DNA of 62,749 bases, the filler included, from Diploschistes diacapsis (Eukaryota): NCBI GenBank assembly GCA_023645945.1. It is 30 parts of 30 records of this genome, joined end to end, with 100 filler letters (N's around TTAATTAATTAA, not from the genome) between each part and the next. Parts side by side here need not be neighbours in the genome. Positions count along the whole stretch, not along the records: positions 1 to 1,353 come from JALAIB010003253.1; positions 1,454 to 2,806 come from JALAIB010003254.1; positions 2,907 to 4,259 come from JALAIB010003255.1; positions 4,360 to 5,712 come from JALAIB010003256.1; positions 5,813 to 7,164 come from JALAIB010003257.1; positions 7,265 to 8,616 come from JALAIB010003258.1; positions 8,717 to 10,068 come from JALAIB010003259.1; positions 10,169 to 30,936 come from JALAIB010000326.1; 22 more parts are not named here. One strand, written 5' to 3'. Positions 1-11,952 of this stretch are shown piece after piece. Below the pieces are notes generated by a model. The model worked only from the letters and a program-made list of their open reading frames with translations, was not told the DNA's origin and searched no databases. Numbering within the stretch: the stretch's first letter is position 1; each line of letters opens with the position of its first letter. The translations under genes were made by a program, and so were the position numbers.

Positions 1-1140
1 AAACAGACGTACGATAAATCACAATAAACATATCTCGATTTATTATTATCACATTCGAAAGCTTTATAAAGACGAAACGTTCATTTTAAAGTAAATTCCT
101 TCAAACGATAATTTAATAAACGCTTTAACGAAACCTCTAGATCGTCTAATTTTCGAAAGACTAACGAAAGTTCTTACATCCAGTATCTAAGAATTAAACT
201 TTCCATTTCAAAAACCTTCGATATAGATTTCTATTATAATTCAAAAGTATAAAGATCGGCTATCCCTTCTATATTAAAAAGCATCACTTCGAATATTATG
301 CTTCCTTTTTCAAATACTATCAACCCCTAAACAACGTCAGAAGTATTTATTATAAAGAAACCAAAACATAAGCATATAAATATCGAATTGCTTAATGCTT
401 CCTTATCAATAAAAGTTCCTTTATTAAAAGATCTTTTTCTATCGTTCCGACATCTCTTTATCGATTTAGATATTAATCCTTAATCTCATACTCCTATTTC
501 AGAGATTCCTGTTTTTATACCATTCCGAGAGTTAGAATAGACTACATCTTTAGAACACTTAACAGTTCTTAAATTAGAATATTTAGAAACGCCTACGATC
601 ACATTCTATCTAAAATCGACTAACGATTTTTAGTTTATTAAAAACGCCGTGACCTTAATTAAAACAAAAATGAACCTTTAGAGTCAGGAAATATTGCGAC
701 TCAAAACTGAGTATAATAATTAAAAAAAAATATAAAGAACTTAAAGATATTACTAGCATAATATTACCGAATATAAATATTATTACTTAAACATACTTAA
801 AGGATCCTTCTAACGTCAAAACGATATTCAAATACTTCGGTAATAAAGACTATAAGAACCTAAAGATAAAAGAAAATAGAAAAATAATAAAAACAAAAGA
901 AAATAAAAGAAAAAAAGCCCGTTTAGGATTCAGGCCTAAAACGAAGCTCCCCGAAAAGGAAGCTGCATCAGATATCTCAGACTTTTCAGAAGAAGTATAC
1001 GAAGATGCAATGCAACCGAATTAGGGGGAATGTGAGAAGGAGCAGGGGGACATGATTAGTCATACAGAATGTATATAATCCGCTTACAGACATCTCTTGC
1101 AGAGCAATACAATCCTTCTTCTCAATCAATATAACTGACA
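1..1140 (+). mobile_element. 3' end of a RIP-degraded Ty1/copia LTR retrotransposon (RNase H tail, extra 3' region, PPT, ~110-bp 3' LTR)
   Basis: The frame from nt 2 reads NKHISIYYYHIRKL..*IPSNDNLINALTKPLDRLIFERL, matching the copia RNase H motifs KHI..YH.IR and ADxLTKPL. A PPT TTAGGGGGAA lies at 1021-1030, then TGTGAG...CTGACA at 1031-1140. Confidence 0.75.
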
Positions 1141-1353
1141 GAGCTACTCCCAATCTAGATTAATAGGAATTTAAATGGGTTTAACTGAACCTTCTAGTTA
1201 TGTATTTTGTTTATTTGTTTAACATTTCCTTACGGGCGGAACTATCGGTATGTTTATTTAATCTAGCTAAATACCTTTTATATTAATTTAAGTTTTTTAA
1301 TAAACATATCGTGTTTAATATAATTTAATAATTTTATTAATCCGTTAATTATT
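1141..1353 (-). mobile_element. Fragment of copia family B: PPT and start of 3' LTR
   Basis: Reverse-complement match to 3000-3210. The LTR starts (TGTT) at 1224 on the minus strand. Confidence 0.65.
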
Positions 1354-1453
1354 NNNNNNNNNNNNNNNNNNNNNNNNNNNNNNNNNNNNNNNNNNNNTTA
1401 ATTAATTAANNNNNNNNNNNNNNNNNNNNNNNNNNNNNNNNNNNNNNNNNNNN

Positions 1454-1946
1454 ATAAAAAAAAATATTATATAATATTCCCCGAAACGGAATTAAGAAAG
1501 ATCTTAATCAATAAATTCAGATACGAGAAATAAAAACTCGTATTAATAAGAATATTAATAAGAAAAGAAATGATTACTTTTTAGAAATCCTTAAAAAATA
1601 TTATTAATAATTACATCTCTTTTAAAAAAAGATAGGTTTACGAGTATTAATCGATTTAAATATTATTATAAACGTTATCTTAACCTTATATATATAACGA
1701 TTAAAGATAAAGAATTACGAATTTATATAGAAATATATACTCGAAACCGTGGTAACACGTAACGCCTTATAGGTTATTAAACGTACGTTACCGCTAATAA
1801 TTAGGATTTTAAGATATATTAAGGAACTTATCTTCGACTTAATAAATATAATTATTTACGAAGTTATCCTCGGAGATCTTTAATTAAATATTTATAATCT
1901 AACGATTAACTTTAAGACACGAACTTTTAAATTAAACGAATATACG
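1454..1946 (+). mobile_element. RIP-degraded Ty3/gypsy pol fragments including the aspartic protease C-terminus
   Basis: 1857-1946 reads YEVILGDL*LNIYNLTINFKTRT, resembling the gypsy motif ILGxPWLxxHNPxIDW. 1520-1640 matches the pre-RT region also seen at 4800-4918. Confidence 0.6.
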
Positions 1947-2265
1947 TGAGACAGCCCAGCCCAGGGGCTTGCCAAGCCACGGCAGGGTTAATGCCCAGGT
2001 GCTTGCCAAGCCACGGCAGGGTCAATGCCCAGGTGCTTGCTAAGACACGGTAGGGTCAGGGGATGGTTGTGTAGATGGGTAGTCCCCGAACCCCGGTAGG
2101 CTGGCATTTACACTACTTAACGGTGTCTTCCTCTTATTTAAATAATTTCTTCTTTAGCTTTTCGAATCGAGATCTTTTACTTATAAATATTTAAGTTATA
2201 TTTAATTCTTTCGGATCAGGTCTAGTTTCCGATAAAATAATATCCTTTCTTACGCTGGCGTTTTA
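1947..2265 (+). mobile_element. LTR family 1 copy (chromovirus LTR)
   Basis: TGAGACAG...GCTGGCGTTTTA (terminal CA mutated to TA). Homologous to 59035-59348 and 53475-53755, with an internal ~30-bp tandem repeat. Confidence 0.8.
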
Positions 2266-2906
2266 TATTCGAAAAGCTGACTTTATCTTTATACTTATGA
2301 CGAAAGTTTAAAACGTTAATTGAACTAAATATTCGAGTAAATCCACGATAACCGAACTCGAAAGTATTATTCGCCGACTTATTATAAACAATAGCCCCCG
2401 CTGGTAGAAAGAATTAAAAGAAAAAAAAAGAATTTATAATACTTCCGATTTTTAAAGAATTAACCGAGATTCTAACGATTGAAAAATACGATTCAAAAGA
2501 CGAATCGATAATTAAAGAACAATCCATAAAATATCTCACGTTACGGCAATCATTTATATCAGAAACCTTCGAAGGATTCAATATTAGCGAAAAACTAGTA
2601 CGGGAAGGATCTTAAAAGGACCCCCGCGACGAACCTAAGCGAAGAATGTCTTCGTTCAAAAACCCGATAAAAAAGTAAATTAATTAAAATAACGTTATCG
2701 AGAACGTGATGAAATTATAATTATAAGAACGAACAAAAGAAATCCATTATCGAATCGAAAAAGAATTAACAGAACTTATTAAATTAATACGTACTTACGT
2801 AATAACNNNNNNNNNNNNNNNNNNNNNNNNNNNNNNNNNNNNNNNNNNNNTTAATTAATTAANNNNNNNNNNNNNNNNNNNNNNNNNNNNNNNNNNNNNN
2901 NNNNNN

Positions 2907-3319
2907 ATTATATACGGGACTTAGTTAAACGAGGTCGTATTAATATTACTTATATACTTATAAATAAAATAATTGCTGACGGATTAACGAAACCACTAAA
3001 TTACGCCAAGCACGATATATTCGTCACAAAACTTGAATTAATATAGAAGACATCTAGCTGAACCAGATAAACATACCGATAGTTCCGCCCGTGAGGAAGT
3101 ATTGAACAGGCAGGTAGAATACATGACTAGGATGTTCAACTAAACTTCAGGTTCAGGTTCAGTTCAGCTGAACCTACTAAGGTTCCTACTAATCCTAATC
3201 GGGAGTAGTGCAAGTTTATAGGGCTTAATGGATCCTATTGGTATAAGAGCTTACATGCAGACTATTCCTTCTAGTTACATCTCTAGATATCTAGACTTCA
3301 ATACATGCGTTGCCCAAAA
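2907..3319 (+). mobile_element. Copia family B 3' end (RNase H tail, PPT, 3' LTR ~3100-3319)
   Basis: Translation IIADGLTKPLNYAKHDIFVTKLEL; purine tract GTGAGGAAG; LTR homologous to 43226-43445. Confidence 0.8.
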
Positions 3320-3429
3320 GAAACCTTTCGAAACTAATTGTTTAGTATTAATAATAAAAGATAAATAATAAATAGAAACGGTTATTAATAGTTTATATAT
3401 ATCTTTAAACCTTTAATTAAACCGAATCG

Positions 3430-4100
3430 TGTAGTAACAACTAGCTACTAGGAGGCTCGCTTGCCCTTTCTGGGCCTGCTTGCACCTGCCCTCGCTGCCG
3501 TCGCTTTGTGACGACATAGTGGATGCCATTAGGCATCTACCCACTTGTAGCTATAAGGGCTCGCTGCCCTCAGTAGATTTTGCAATGCATCTTTCTTCCC
3601 ACTAATAATCTGAACCCATACTACAAAATGGTTGCAACGACATTGGTTGACCAATGCCCCAGAACTTGTAGCTCCAGCGGATAGTATCTGTCTACACCCA
3701 GTTCATGTCCTGAACCAGAGTTCATTGGAACTTCCCCTCCCTCCAACCTACAGCGGTCAGAGCCTGTTCTGTGCACTACTTTGTCCTTCTTTTGCTCTCT
3801 CTAACTAACCTACAATCAAATTCTAGCTACATGTGTCGACCTCGTCCTCGATCAACCTACGGCTAATTTGAATCTAGTTTGTAGCTATCAACTATCACCT
3901 GGTATCTCGGAAGGCACCTTTAATTAAGATTTCCTGGATCTGCCTACGCCTGAAAGAGATGAGCATCGAGAGCAAATTCGCTTACTAATCTAAAGAAAAC
4001 TTGATCGGAAAGCAGCTTTCTAAACCAACTATCTCATAAAGAAGTCCTCATATTAGAATTATTAATTAAAGAATAGCGCAACAACTTCGTTCTAAAAACC
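3430..4100 (+). mobile_element. LTR element 5' end: LTR 3430-3625, PBS-like TGG and decayed internal region
   Basis: TGTAGT...ACTACA inverted termini, followed by AAA-TGGTTGCAACGAC. A related LTR lies on the minus strand at 57793-57986. The right boundary is approximate. Confidence 0.6.
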
Positions 4101-4359
4101 TTACAACTACTATATTATATATAAGCTGAAAACCAGTTTCGGGATTCGAAAAACTATTAATTTTTCTTTTAATAAATCGTCCGTAATTACGAACATCCTT
4201 TAACGTATATGCATAGCGAGCGGACATTTATAGCGAACTGATATCTTTCTCGATTCATANNNNNNNNNNNNNNNNNNNNNNNNNNNNNNNNNNNNNNNNN
4301 NNNTTAATTAATTAANNNNNNNNNNNNNNNNNNNNNNNNNNNNNNNNNNNNNNNNNNNN

Positions 4360-4918
4360 TTATTAAATATTTAAATAACTCGTAACGTGTTCTAAATATC
4401 GTTTTTTATTTTTCGTCTTCTTTTATTTTTATGAAATTAAAACTTACTCGTTAATTTAACTTCGTATATCATAATGCGCTATATAATCGATTTTTTAATT
4501 CTTAAATGTTTAATATGGGATACCGGTTCTTCACGGTAATAACGTTGAGCTTCCGGAAGTCGATATAGGGTTAAAAAGTTTATTTTTTTTTTTACCGTTA
4601 GGTTTCGGTACGAAAATAATTGGAGATAATATTGATAATTTGGATTTATAAATGTAACCTTTTTTAAACATTTTTTAAAGATATTGCTTAGAGAATTTCA
4701 GCTTTATAACTAATGTTTTATAAAAAGGTTCAAACTTTGAGATTTTTTCCGTCCATAAACTCGATAACATGGTCTTAAGGTTTATATTTAGGTAGTATTC
4801 GTAAACCTGTTTTTTCCTAAAAAAGGTATAATTACTGATAATATTCTTTAAGGATCTTTAAAAGGTAATCATTTCTTTTCTTATTAATATTTTTATTAAT
4901 ACGAATCTTTATTTCTCG
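4360..4918 (-). mobile_element. RIP-degraded Ty3/gypsy reverse transcriptase N-terminal half
   Basis: Minus-strand remnants LPKYKP*DHVI, SPIIFVPKPNG, IDFRKLNVITVKNRYP and FRTRYELFKYL are canonical gypsy RT motifs. Confidence 0.85.
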
Positions 4919-4920
4919 TA

Positions 4921-5712
4921 ACGTGTTTGACGGTGAGTCCGGCCACCCCCAGAGTCCGGCCACCTCAAATCACTACCGCCAACATTCTACGGTTTTTAGA
5001 TATAACCTGTTCGTCGCAATCAGAATCTAATCAATCTAAATCGAATCTATTCTCTTCCTCTTTATCCTCCTCGATTTCAGAAATGCGACGACGTTTTTTA
5101 CGCGTTATAGATCGTTTCGAAACTGTCCGACTCGATTTAACTCGAGTTGTTATCTTAAAAACTTCGTCTATGTTAAACATAAAATGATTTTTTAATTCGA
5201 TTCGTTTATTTAATTTACGTTTTTTACGATTATTAAGAAACGTTTTTTACTTTCGGTTTTCTTTACGAAACGTTATAAGCTTAATATACGTCGATTTAAA
5301 TATACGGATTATTCGATTCGAATAACGTCGAATCGGTTTAATTAATTCTATTTAAATTTATTCTTCTTATATAGCTTTTTATTAAATACGACCGAACTAC
5401 GAAAGATTAATAAAAAATTTAATTAAATACCGCGAGCCGTTTTAAAATAAATTAATCCGATTCGACGTTATTCGAATCTAATAACTCGTATGCTTAAATC
5501 TATATATATTAAACTCACAACGCTTCGTAAAGAAAACCGAAAATAAAAAGCGCTTCTTAATAATCGTAAGAAACGTTTTTTATTCTCGATTTTTTTTACG
5601 AAGCGTTATAAATTTAATATACGTCGATTTAAATATACGGGTTATTCGACTCGAATAACTTAGAATCGGATTAATTAATTTTAAAACGGCTCGTAACGTT
5701 TAATTAAATTTT
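4921..5712 (-). mobile_element. Fot1/pogo-type (Tc1/mariner) DNA transposon 3' end with a duplicated internal piece
   Basis: TA + TIR ACGTGTTTGACGG with two CGGCCAC repeats. The decayed C-terminal transposase segment is homologous to 8005-8301. Confidence 0.75.
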
Positions 5713-5812
5713 NNNNNNNNNNNNNNNNNNNNNNNNNNNNNNNNNNNNNNNNNNNNTTAATTAATTAANNNNNNNNNNNNNNNNNNNNNNNNNNNNNNNN
5801 NNNNNNNNNNNN

Positions 5813-6573
5813 ATGTATGAGTTCGAATCATTGCTGTTGATTTTCTTTTTTTAGAATAAAAGCAATCCGTTTTTTAAATAAGATGTCGTTTATTTTATTA
5901 TTATTTTTCGTAAATAAAGAAGATTTATTGAATGAATAACTCGTAATTAGTAAATAATTAATAAATAATATAAAAGGTAATCCTCTATAATAGAAGTAAA
6001 GGTAATCGAGAAGTTCAGCGTGATTCAACTAAACTTCGATATTGGCGAGGAAGAGAAAAAAATTGTTTTTCGTTAGCCTATATAGATGATATCTAAATCT
6101 AATTACTTCTTATTTAGGTTTATTTTAGGCTAGCGTATTAAAATCCCGCGTTCTTTTAAAGTAATATAACTTCTATCTTTAAATCAGCCTATTTTAAAGT
6201 CTTATAATTTAGATCCTAAGCTTTTAGATTTCTTCGATTTAATCTACGTTAAATAGCGTAATCGGTACCCGCGTTCATAATCGTAATAACTACCGGAAAA
6301 CGTAATTTTAATAAACGATTAAGCGTAATAAAGTAAATGTTATATCGGGCTCATAACCTATTTAATAACGTAATAGATATATTAAAATCTAGAGGTTTAT
6401 TTAGAAGGTTATCCTACTTTATAGACTTTTATCCTTATAAGATACGCTAAGCCTTATTACCTATATTATTCCTAAACCGATCTAGTTGGGATTCCAGGAA
6501 GTTCAATTAAACTGAACCTCCCTCTGGAACTTAGTTAGACTCACAGCCATGCCTTCTGCCTGTCTGCTCAACA
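5813..6573 (-). mobile_element. Copia family B 5' end (LTR 6573-6359, PBS, decayed gag)
   Basis: The LTR begins TGTTGAGCAG. The copia-type PBS GGTTATGAGCCC at 6358-6347 follows it directly. The internal region is homologous to 43446-43981. Confidence 0.8.
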
Positions 6574-6689
6574 TGTATTAATATTAATATTTTAAAATTT
6601 TAATTATCGTGTCCGTGTTAGTGTCCGTGTTTTAAAAATTTTTGTTATAGTGTCCGTGTCAGTGACCGTGGCACGAAACGGCCAGCCTA
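6574..6689 (+). mobile_element. hAT-like MITE terminal fragment
   Basis: GTGTCCGTG subterminal repeats ending in the TIR ACGGCCAGCCTA. Confidence 0.7.
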
Positions 6690-7918
6690 ATTACTACTTC
6701 TAATATATAAAAGCAGTTTTCGGCCGCACATAAAGATCTAACCCCCGAATTCTCCTCGCCTTCCGATTTACACAACATACATAAAAGGATCTCCTACGCC
6801 TTCGTTGGAGCAACGCAGATCACTAAATTAGAAACAATTTCGAATACATTGGTAGAACGACGTCGGTAAACTAACCCGGCCGTAATAAAAAAACAGATAC
6901 AGATTTTCAATCTAGAAATAAAAGATACTTACTTTAAAGAATAAGTAGCCAAAACCTCCAAAGGTTTTAAAAAACATTACCTAACAATACGCTAAAGGGA
7001 GTACAACGTTTTCCAAACTCAGAAAAAGAATTTCTTCACCGTTCTTTTAAAGACGAAATACGATTACCAAAAAATATAAAAATAAACGTCACCTCCGGAC
7101 GAGAATCCAGACGTAAATTAAAAAAACGAAAAAAAAGATCAAATAAATAACCTTAATTTAAACANNNNNNNNNNNNNNNNNNNNNNNNNNNNNNNNNNNN
7201 NNNNNNNNTTAATTAATTAANNNNNNNNNNNNNNNNNNNNNNNNNNNNNNNNNNNNNNNNNNNNTTATAAAATAAACCATACCGACCGCTATAATCGCTT
7301 AACCTAGGTTAATATAATAGATCGAATCAGCGAGTTCTATATTCTCCTTAATCATCTTCTTCTTCTTTCTCTTTCAGTCTATACTATAAATGAAGTGCTG
7401 CTAGAAGCATAGGATACGGCTACCGCCTTCTAGTTCCCTTTCGTCTTTTCCCTTCTCAGTCTCATTTTTTTATTATAACGTATTAAGTTCCAATTCCTCT
7501 TAGAACTTTCAGAACAGAATTAATTAAAATTCGATATCGTAATTATTAATTATATAAATATCCGTAAAGACCTTACCCGGTAAACGATAATAGTTTAATA
7601 TAACCGTTCTAAACGCCGCATAACCTAATAGTAGATACGGGAATTATAATAATTATAATAACAATAACCGGGGTATTTATGTTATTAATATTAATACTTA
7701 CGGGACGAATAGAAGATTTGTCCGAGCATACAATACTGGAGTAAATAAAAATAATGACGCCGGGACACCTTTAAAAGAGCTAGTAGGAAGCTACTTTTAA
7801 AACAACCAAGAGAAAGTTATTTATTATTAAGAGCTAGTTAATAAAAAAGCATTAAAACAACAATCTTTTAATGCTAGCGAATCCGTTACGCCCCCTAACG
7901 ATAATTAGGATTTCTATA

Positions 7919-8420
7919 ACGTGTTTCACGGGGATTCCGGCCACCCCCAGATTCCGGCCACCTCAAATCACTACCGCTAACATTCTACGGTTTTTAGATA
8001 CAACTTATTCGTCGTAATCAGAATCTAATCGATCTAAATCAAATCTATTTTCCTTCTTTTTATCTTCTTCGATTTCAGAATTGCGACGACGTTTTTTACG
8101 CGTTATAAATCGTTTTGAAATTATTCGACTAGATTTAACCCGAGTTATTATTTTAAGAACTTCGTCTGTGCTAAACATAAAACGATCTTTTAATTTGATT
8201 CGTTTATTTGATTTACGTTTTTTACGATTATTAAGAATCGTTTTTTGCTCTCGGTTTTCTTTACGAAGCGTTATAAGCTCAATATACGTCGATTGAAGCA
8301 TACGGGTTATTCGATTCGAATAACGTCGAATCGGGCTAGCTAGTTCTAGAACGACTTACAACGCCTGATTAAATTCTTTATTAGCTTTTCGTAGTTCGGT
8401 CGTATTTGGTAAAGAATTAT
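7919..8420 (-). mobile_element. Fot1/pogo-type transposon 3' end with transposase C-terminal remnant (ORF 8005-8301)
   Basis: TA + TIR ACGTGTTTCACGG. The remnant LRKENREQK..NNRKKRK..KRIKLKDRFMFSTDEVL resembles fungal pogo DDE transposase tails. Confidence 0.75.
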
Positions 8421-9197
8421 TAAAGTAATATTTTCTTAATGCTAACGAACCCGTCACGTCGCCTAACGATAATCAAGATTTCTATAACGTGAACGTTAGC
8501 TGATCTAATCCAAAGCTAAAGATAGAAATCAGATATAAGAATTATAATAAGATCTAGTCTTTTAAAACTAAGTTATATGTTCATTTTATATCGGATAAAT
8601 GCTAAGATAAAAAACTNNNNNNNNNNNNNNNNNNNNNNNNNNNNNNNNNNNNNNNNNNNNTTAATTAATTAANNNNNNNNNNNNNNNNNNNNNNNNNNNN
8701 NNNNNNNNNNNNNNNNGTAAACATAAGTATTAAATAAAAAAGAATCTTAAGTCGTAAGATAGCGATATCTTCTTTATCTTCGAAATAAAAGAAACGTCTA
8801 GATTCTATTATTCGTCTTCGGGGTTTTCTAGACATACTATTTTATAACCATTATTTGTTTTCTTACGATTATATTAGGATGCCTTTTATTTCTATTAAAT
8901 ACGTTCGTTATATTAAGTTTAATAAAAAGGATTGTATTTCTGTTATTTAAAAGGTAATTGAACGAATTATCTTTTCGAAAAAAGAAGAGATCGATAAGGA
9001 TAAGAAGCTTATTGATAAAGATAATAAGCAAAAGAAGGAGCTAAAAAAGTAATTTCGTGAAATTAAGGATCGTTATTTTTAGCGTAAACGTCGCATTCGC
9101 CGTAATCGAAAAGTTCTTAAATTAATAGAAGATCGTGTTAACGAGCAAGCGCGTTACTTGATGGAAGAATTGAATTTAGAATCGTCCGAGACATACA

Positions 9198-9651
9198 TGT
9201 TATGATCTCTATCTATACAAGGTATACACGAGTAGAGTCAAGGTGGGTTTGGTCTCGTTTAGAAGAGGAGTGCAAGCAGAAAAAGAAGGTAGAATAATTA
9301 TAGGTCTTGGACTGTCTCTGAAAGAAGGTTTTTTAATAATAGAAATAACGAATATAAATTAATCCCGAGCAATAACTAAGGATATCTATAAAAATAAACA
9401 CGCCCTAAATTCACGGAGGCCATAGCGACGTTTTTATATAATCAATAACTCCCTTAATAAAGTAGATAAATAAATAAATAAAACTACCGTTCTTCCTTTC
9501 TACCCACGACCGGGTAGAATAATCTCCCAGACCTTCTACTCATCACGTGACCCGTGTCACCCTAATTGGACTATATACAAGGAATGGTTGGGAAATGCCC
9601 GACTAGCTGTTGCGTGCTAAGTACTACCGACTAGTACCTTGGATCGTAACA
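9198..9651 (+). mobile_element. LTR family 3, complete ~454-bp LTR
   Basis: TGTTATGATC...GATCGTAACA inverted termini, with internal TATATAA and AATAAA. Other copies: 31632-32086 (-), 37333-37540, 39740-39986 (-), 58783-59412 (-). Confidence 0.8.
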
Positions 9652-9735
9652 AAAAGATTCGATCGATATCCGGTTCTTTTAAATTAACGGTCCGGAAGGC
9701 CCACGCGAGATAAAAAGAAATAACGGGAATAATAT

Positions 9736-9970
9736 TGTAAACATAAAAGTAGGCCGCAGACTTGGTGGGGGTGGTCCCCACAGGGCAGCTCCATTTAAGG
9801 AGGCTTGCTAGGTAGCTCTAGACAATCAATGCATCCTATACCTCATAAATGTCTTATCTAGATATGCTGTTGATTACGAAATCATACTATATTCTTTTAT
9901 TATATTATTTACGATTATTTATTTATTATAGCAAGGGAAGTCTCCCTAGACAGCGCGTTTTGTGTGTATA
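9736..9970 (+). mobile_element. LTR family 2, 235-bp LTR
   Basis: TGTAAACATA...TGTGTGTATA. Copies at 38625-38859, 40027-40261 and 60501-60735. Confidence 0.8.
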
Positions 9971-10656
9971 ATGGGTGTTAATTTGAGGAGCTGTTTAAGG
10001 ACCCTTCTATATCTTGCGAGAGGTAAGGAGAAGATTACGATATAAAAGTTTTAGATATAATAAAAAGANNNNNNNNNNNNNNNNNNNNNNNNNNNNNNNN
10101 NNNNNNNNNNNNTTAATTAATTAANNNNNNNNNNNNNNNNNNNNNNNNNNNNNNNNNNNNNNNNNNNNGGGGTTGGTGTCGCACCATTGACCGACCATTG
10201 ATGCTTGACCCCTGTCAATAGTAATAATAATAATAATAATAATAATATAATATGCGATAAACCGAAATTAATCGGACCGATTATTTATTCAATAATCATG
10301 CAATAATTACAAAAAATCCTTAATAAAACCTTTTTAATTTTTTTCTCCACTATTTTCAGGATCTTTAATAGATTAATCACCAATTAATTGAATATTAATC
10401 GATTAACCGTTGATCTGTCCAAACATGGCATCCACCTACTTTGAACATCCACATGGGGTTTAACTTGACGTATGGAGAGTGAGCGGAGCAGAGAATGCTC
10501 CTGAATCAAACAGTATTCAAATGAGTGAAAACTACAGAATGTTTTTGACGACTTCAATTCTATTCACGATTTCTTTTGATTCGTGAATGTTAGGGTAGGG
10601 AAGCTCAATATTCCTTTGCCTCAGCCCCCAATCGGTCGTCAGTCTCTGGCTATCCA

Positions 10657-11952
10657 ATGTCATTTCGTCACTTTCCCTCTCCATTCGCGCGAAAGCTATC
10701 TCAGCTTTCCAACGACCGGTCTTTCAAGAAGAGGAAACGTGAGGATTCGGATGATAACAGCGTAATAGATGATGGATCTGGTACAGAAATCGAAAATTCT
10801 AGTCCGTCAGACCCCCAGTATCCGGCATTAGCTGCTCTACCTGCGAATATCGCGCTTCAATATGAAAAAGCTGGCCAACCCTTCGATGAACATCCTCCCA
10901 GTGGAAGGTTTCCTCACTGTGGCATAGAGATTTCTTCGATTTCCGGAGGCACATTGTCGCAATCCCGTCTGCACGACGAGCTTGCGGTGCTTAATCCGCC
11001 TTTGTCCAATACCGATTACAGATTGACCCAATTTCCTGTATTTAGCCTCAAGCAGTCACACTTAGCTACACTTACTATGCTAATGCACCGATGCCTTTTA
11101 CGAGGTGACTATACCAGGGCAGGACGAGCCTTTGGTTTACTGTTACGTACAGAAATTGAAGGACAACAGGTAGACATCCGAAGTCAGAATCTCTGGGGTA
11201 TTGGAGTTGAGGTTCTTTGTCGAAGAAGGGGTCAAAGCCCAACAAATACAGAGAGCCATACTGGAGGTAATTAGTTTGATTTCTCACTTTCAACAGGAAC
11301 TGGTTGGATGACTTTGCTAGTAGGAAACCTTTACTTCTCTCAAGAAGGCTTTGAACTGGCCAAGCAGTACTATGAGCGGCTCATCCTAGAGTTTCCATAC
11401 CGTATGTGGCGATCTGGGTCCTTATGCGCCTTGCACTTCTACCCCCTCATGTTCAATCTCTGGATTGCTCGTATTGAAAGTCAATACAAGCTTGCTGCTG
11501 CACCGTTCGAAAGACATAATAACGGCGAATCTGGTACTTCCAGCGAAGCCAAAGACATTTCTGAAGAAATTTTAATGGAACACACTGATGAGCTCGACGG
11601 TATTCGGCGTGCGACCTTGGAGAGAGCTACAGAACTTGCCAAAAGAATGGACGAAGTGATGCAGTCTTTTCCACAGTCGGACGACGCAACCTTGTGGCAT
11701 CTTCGCGGCAATGTCCACCTTTGGATGGGCGATCTTTCAACTCCGTCAAACGCGCGTGGAAAATCGTCAGATTCCGGAGACTCTGCATCGTGGCGCGTAA
11801 GGCTCGATTCACAAGACGTGGAAACTTTTGACTCGTTGGAGCGGCAAGATCCAGCGCTTCACCAACGGCAGGAGCATATTCAGCGCGCCAATCTCGCTTT
11901 TGAGAAATCAAAAGATTGCATCAAAATTAGTCTGGGTTTCCAATCCAGATAA
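10657..11952 (+). CDS. RRN11: RNA polymerase I core factor subunit Rrn11-like protein; exons 10657-11266 and 11321 (or 11324)-11952
   Basis: Motif SLKQSHLATLTMLMHRCLLRGDYTRAGRAFGLLLR...LWGIGVEVL...GFELAKQYYERLILEFPY is typical of fungal Rrn11-family proteins. A GTAATT...TAG intron joins the two ORFs in frame. Confidence 0.75.

Noticed and set aside
1398..1409. Regularly spaced TTAATTAATTAA palindromes as a biological repeat or array
   Set aside because: Always embedded in exactly 44+44 N; this is a six-frame-stop linker added during concatenation.
8005..8301. ORFs 8005-8301 and 54684-54980 as functional small basic proteins
   Set aside because: They are RIP-eroded C-terminal transposase fragments; the K/I/N richness is mutational.
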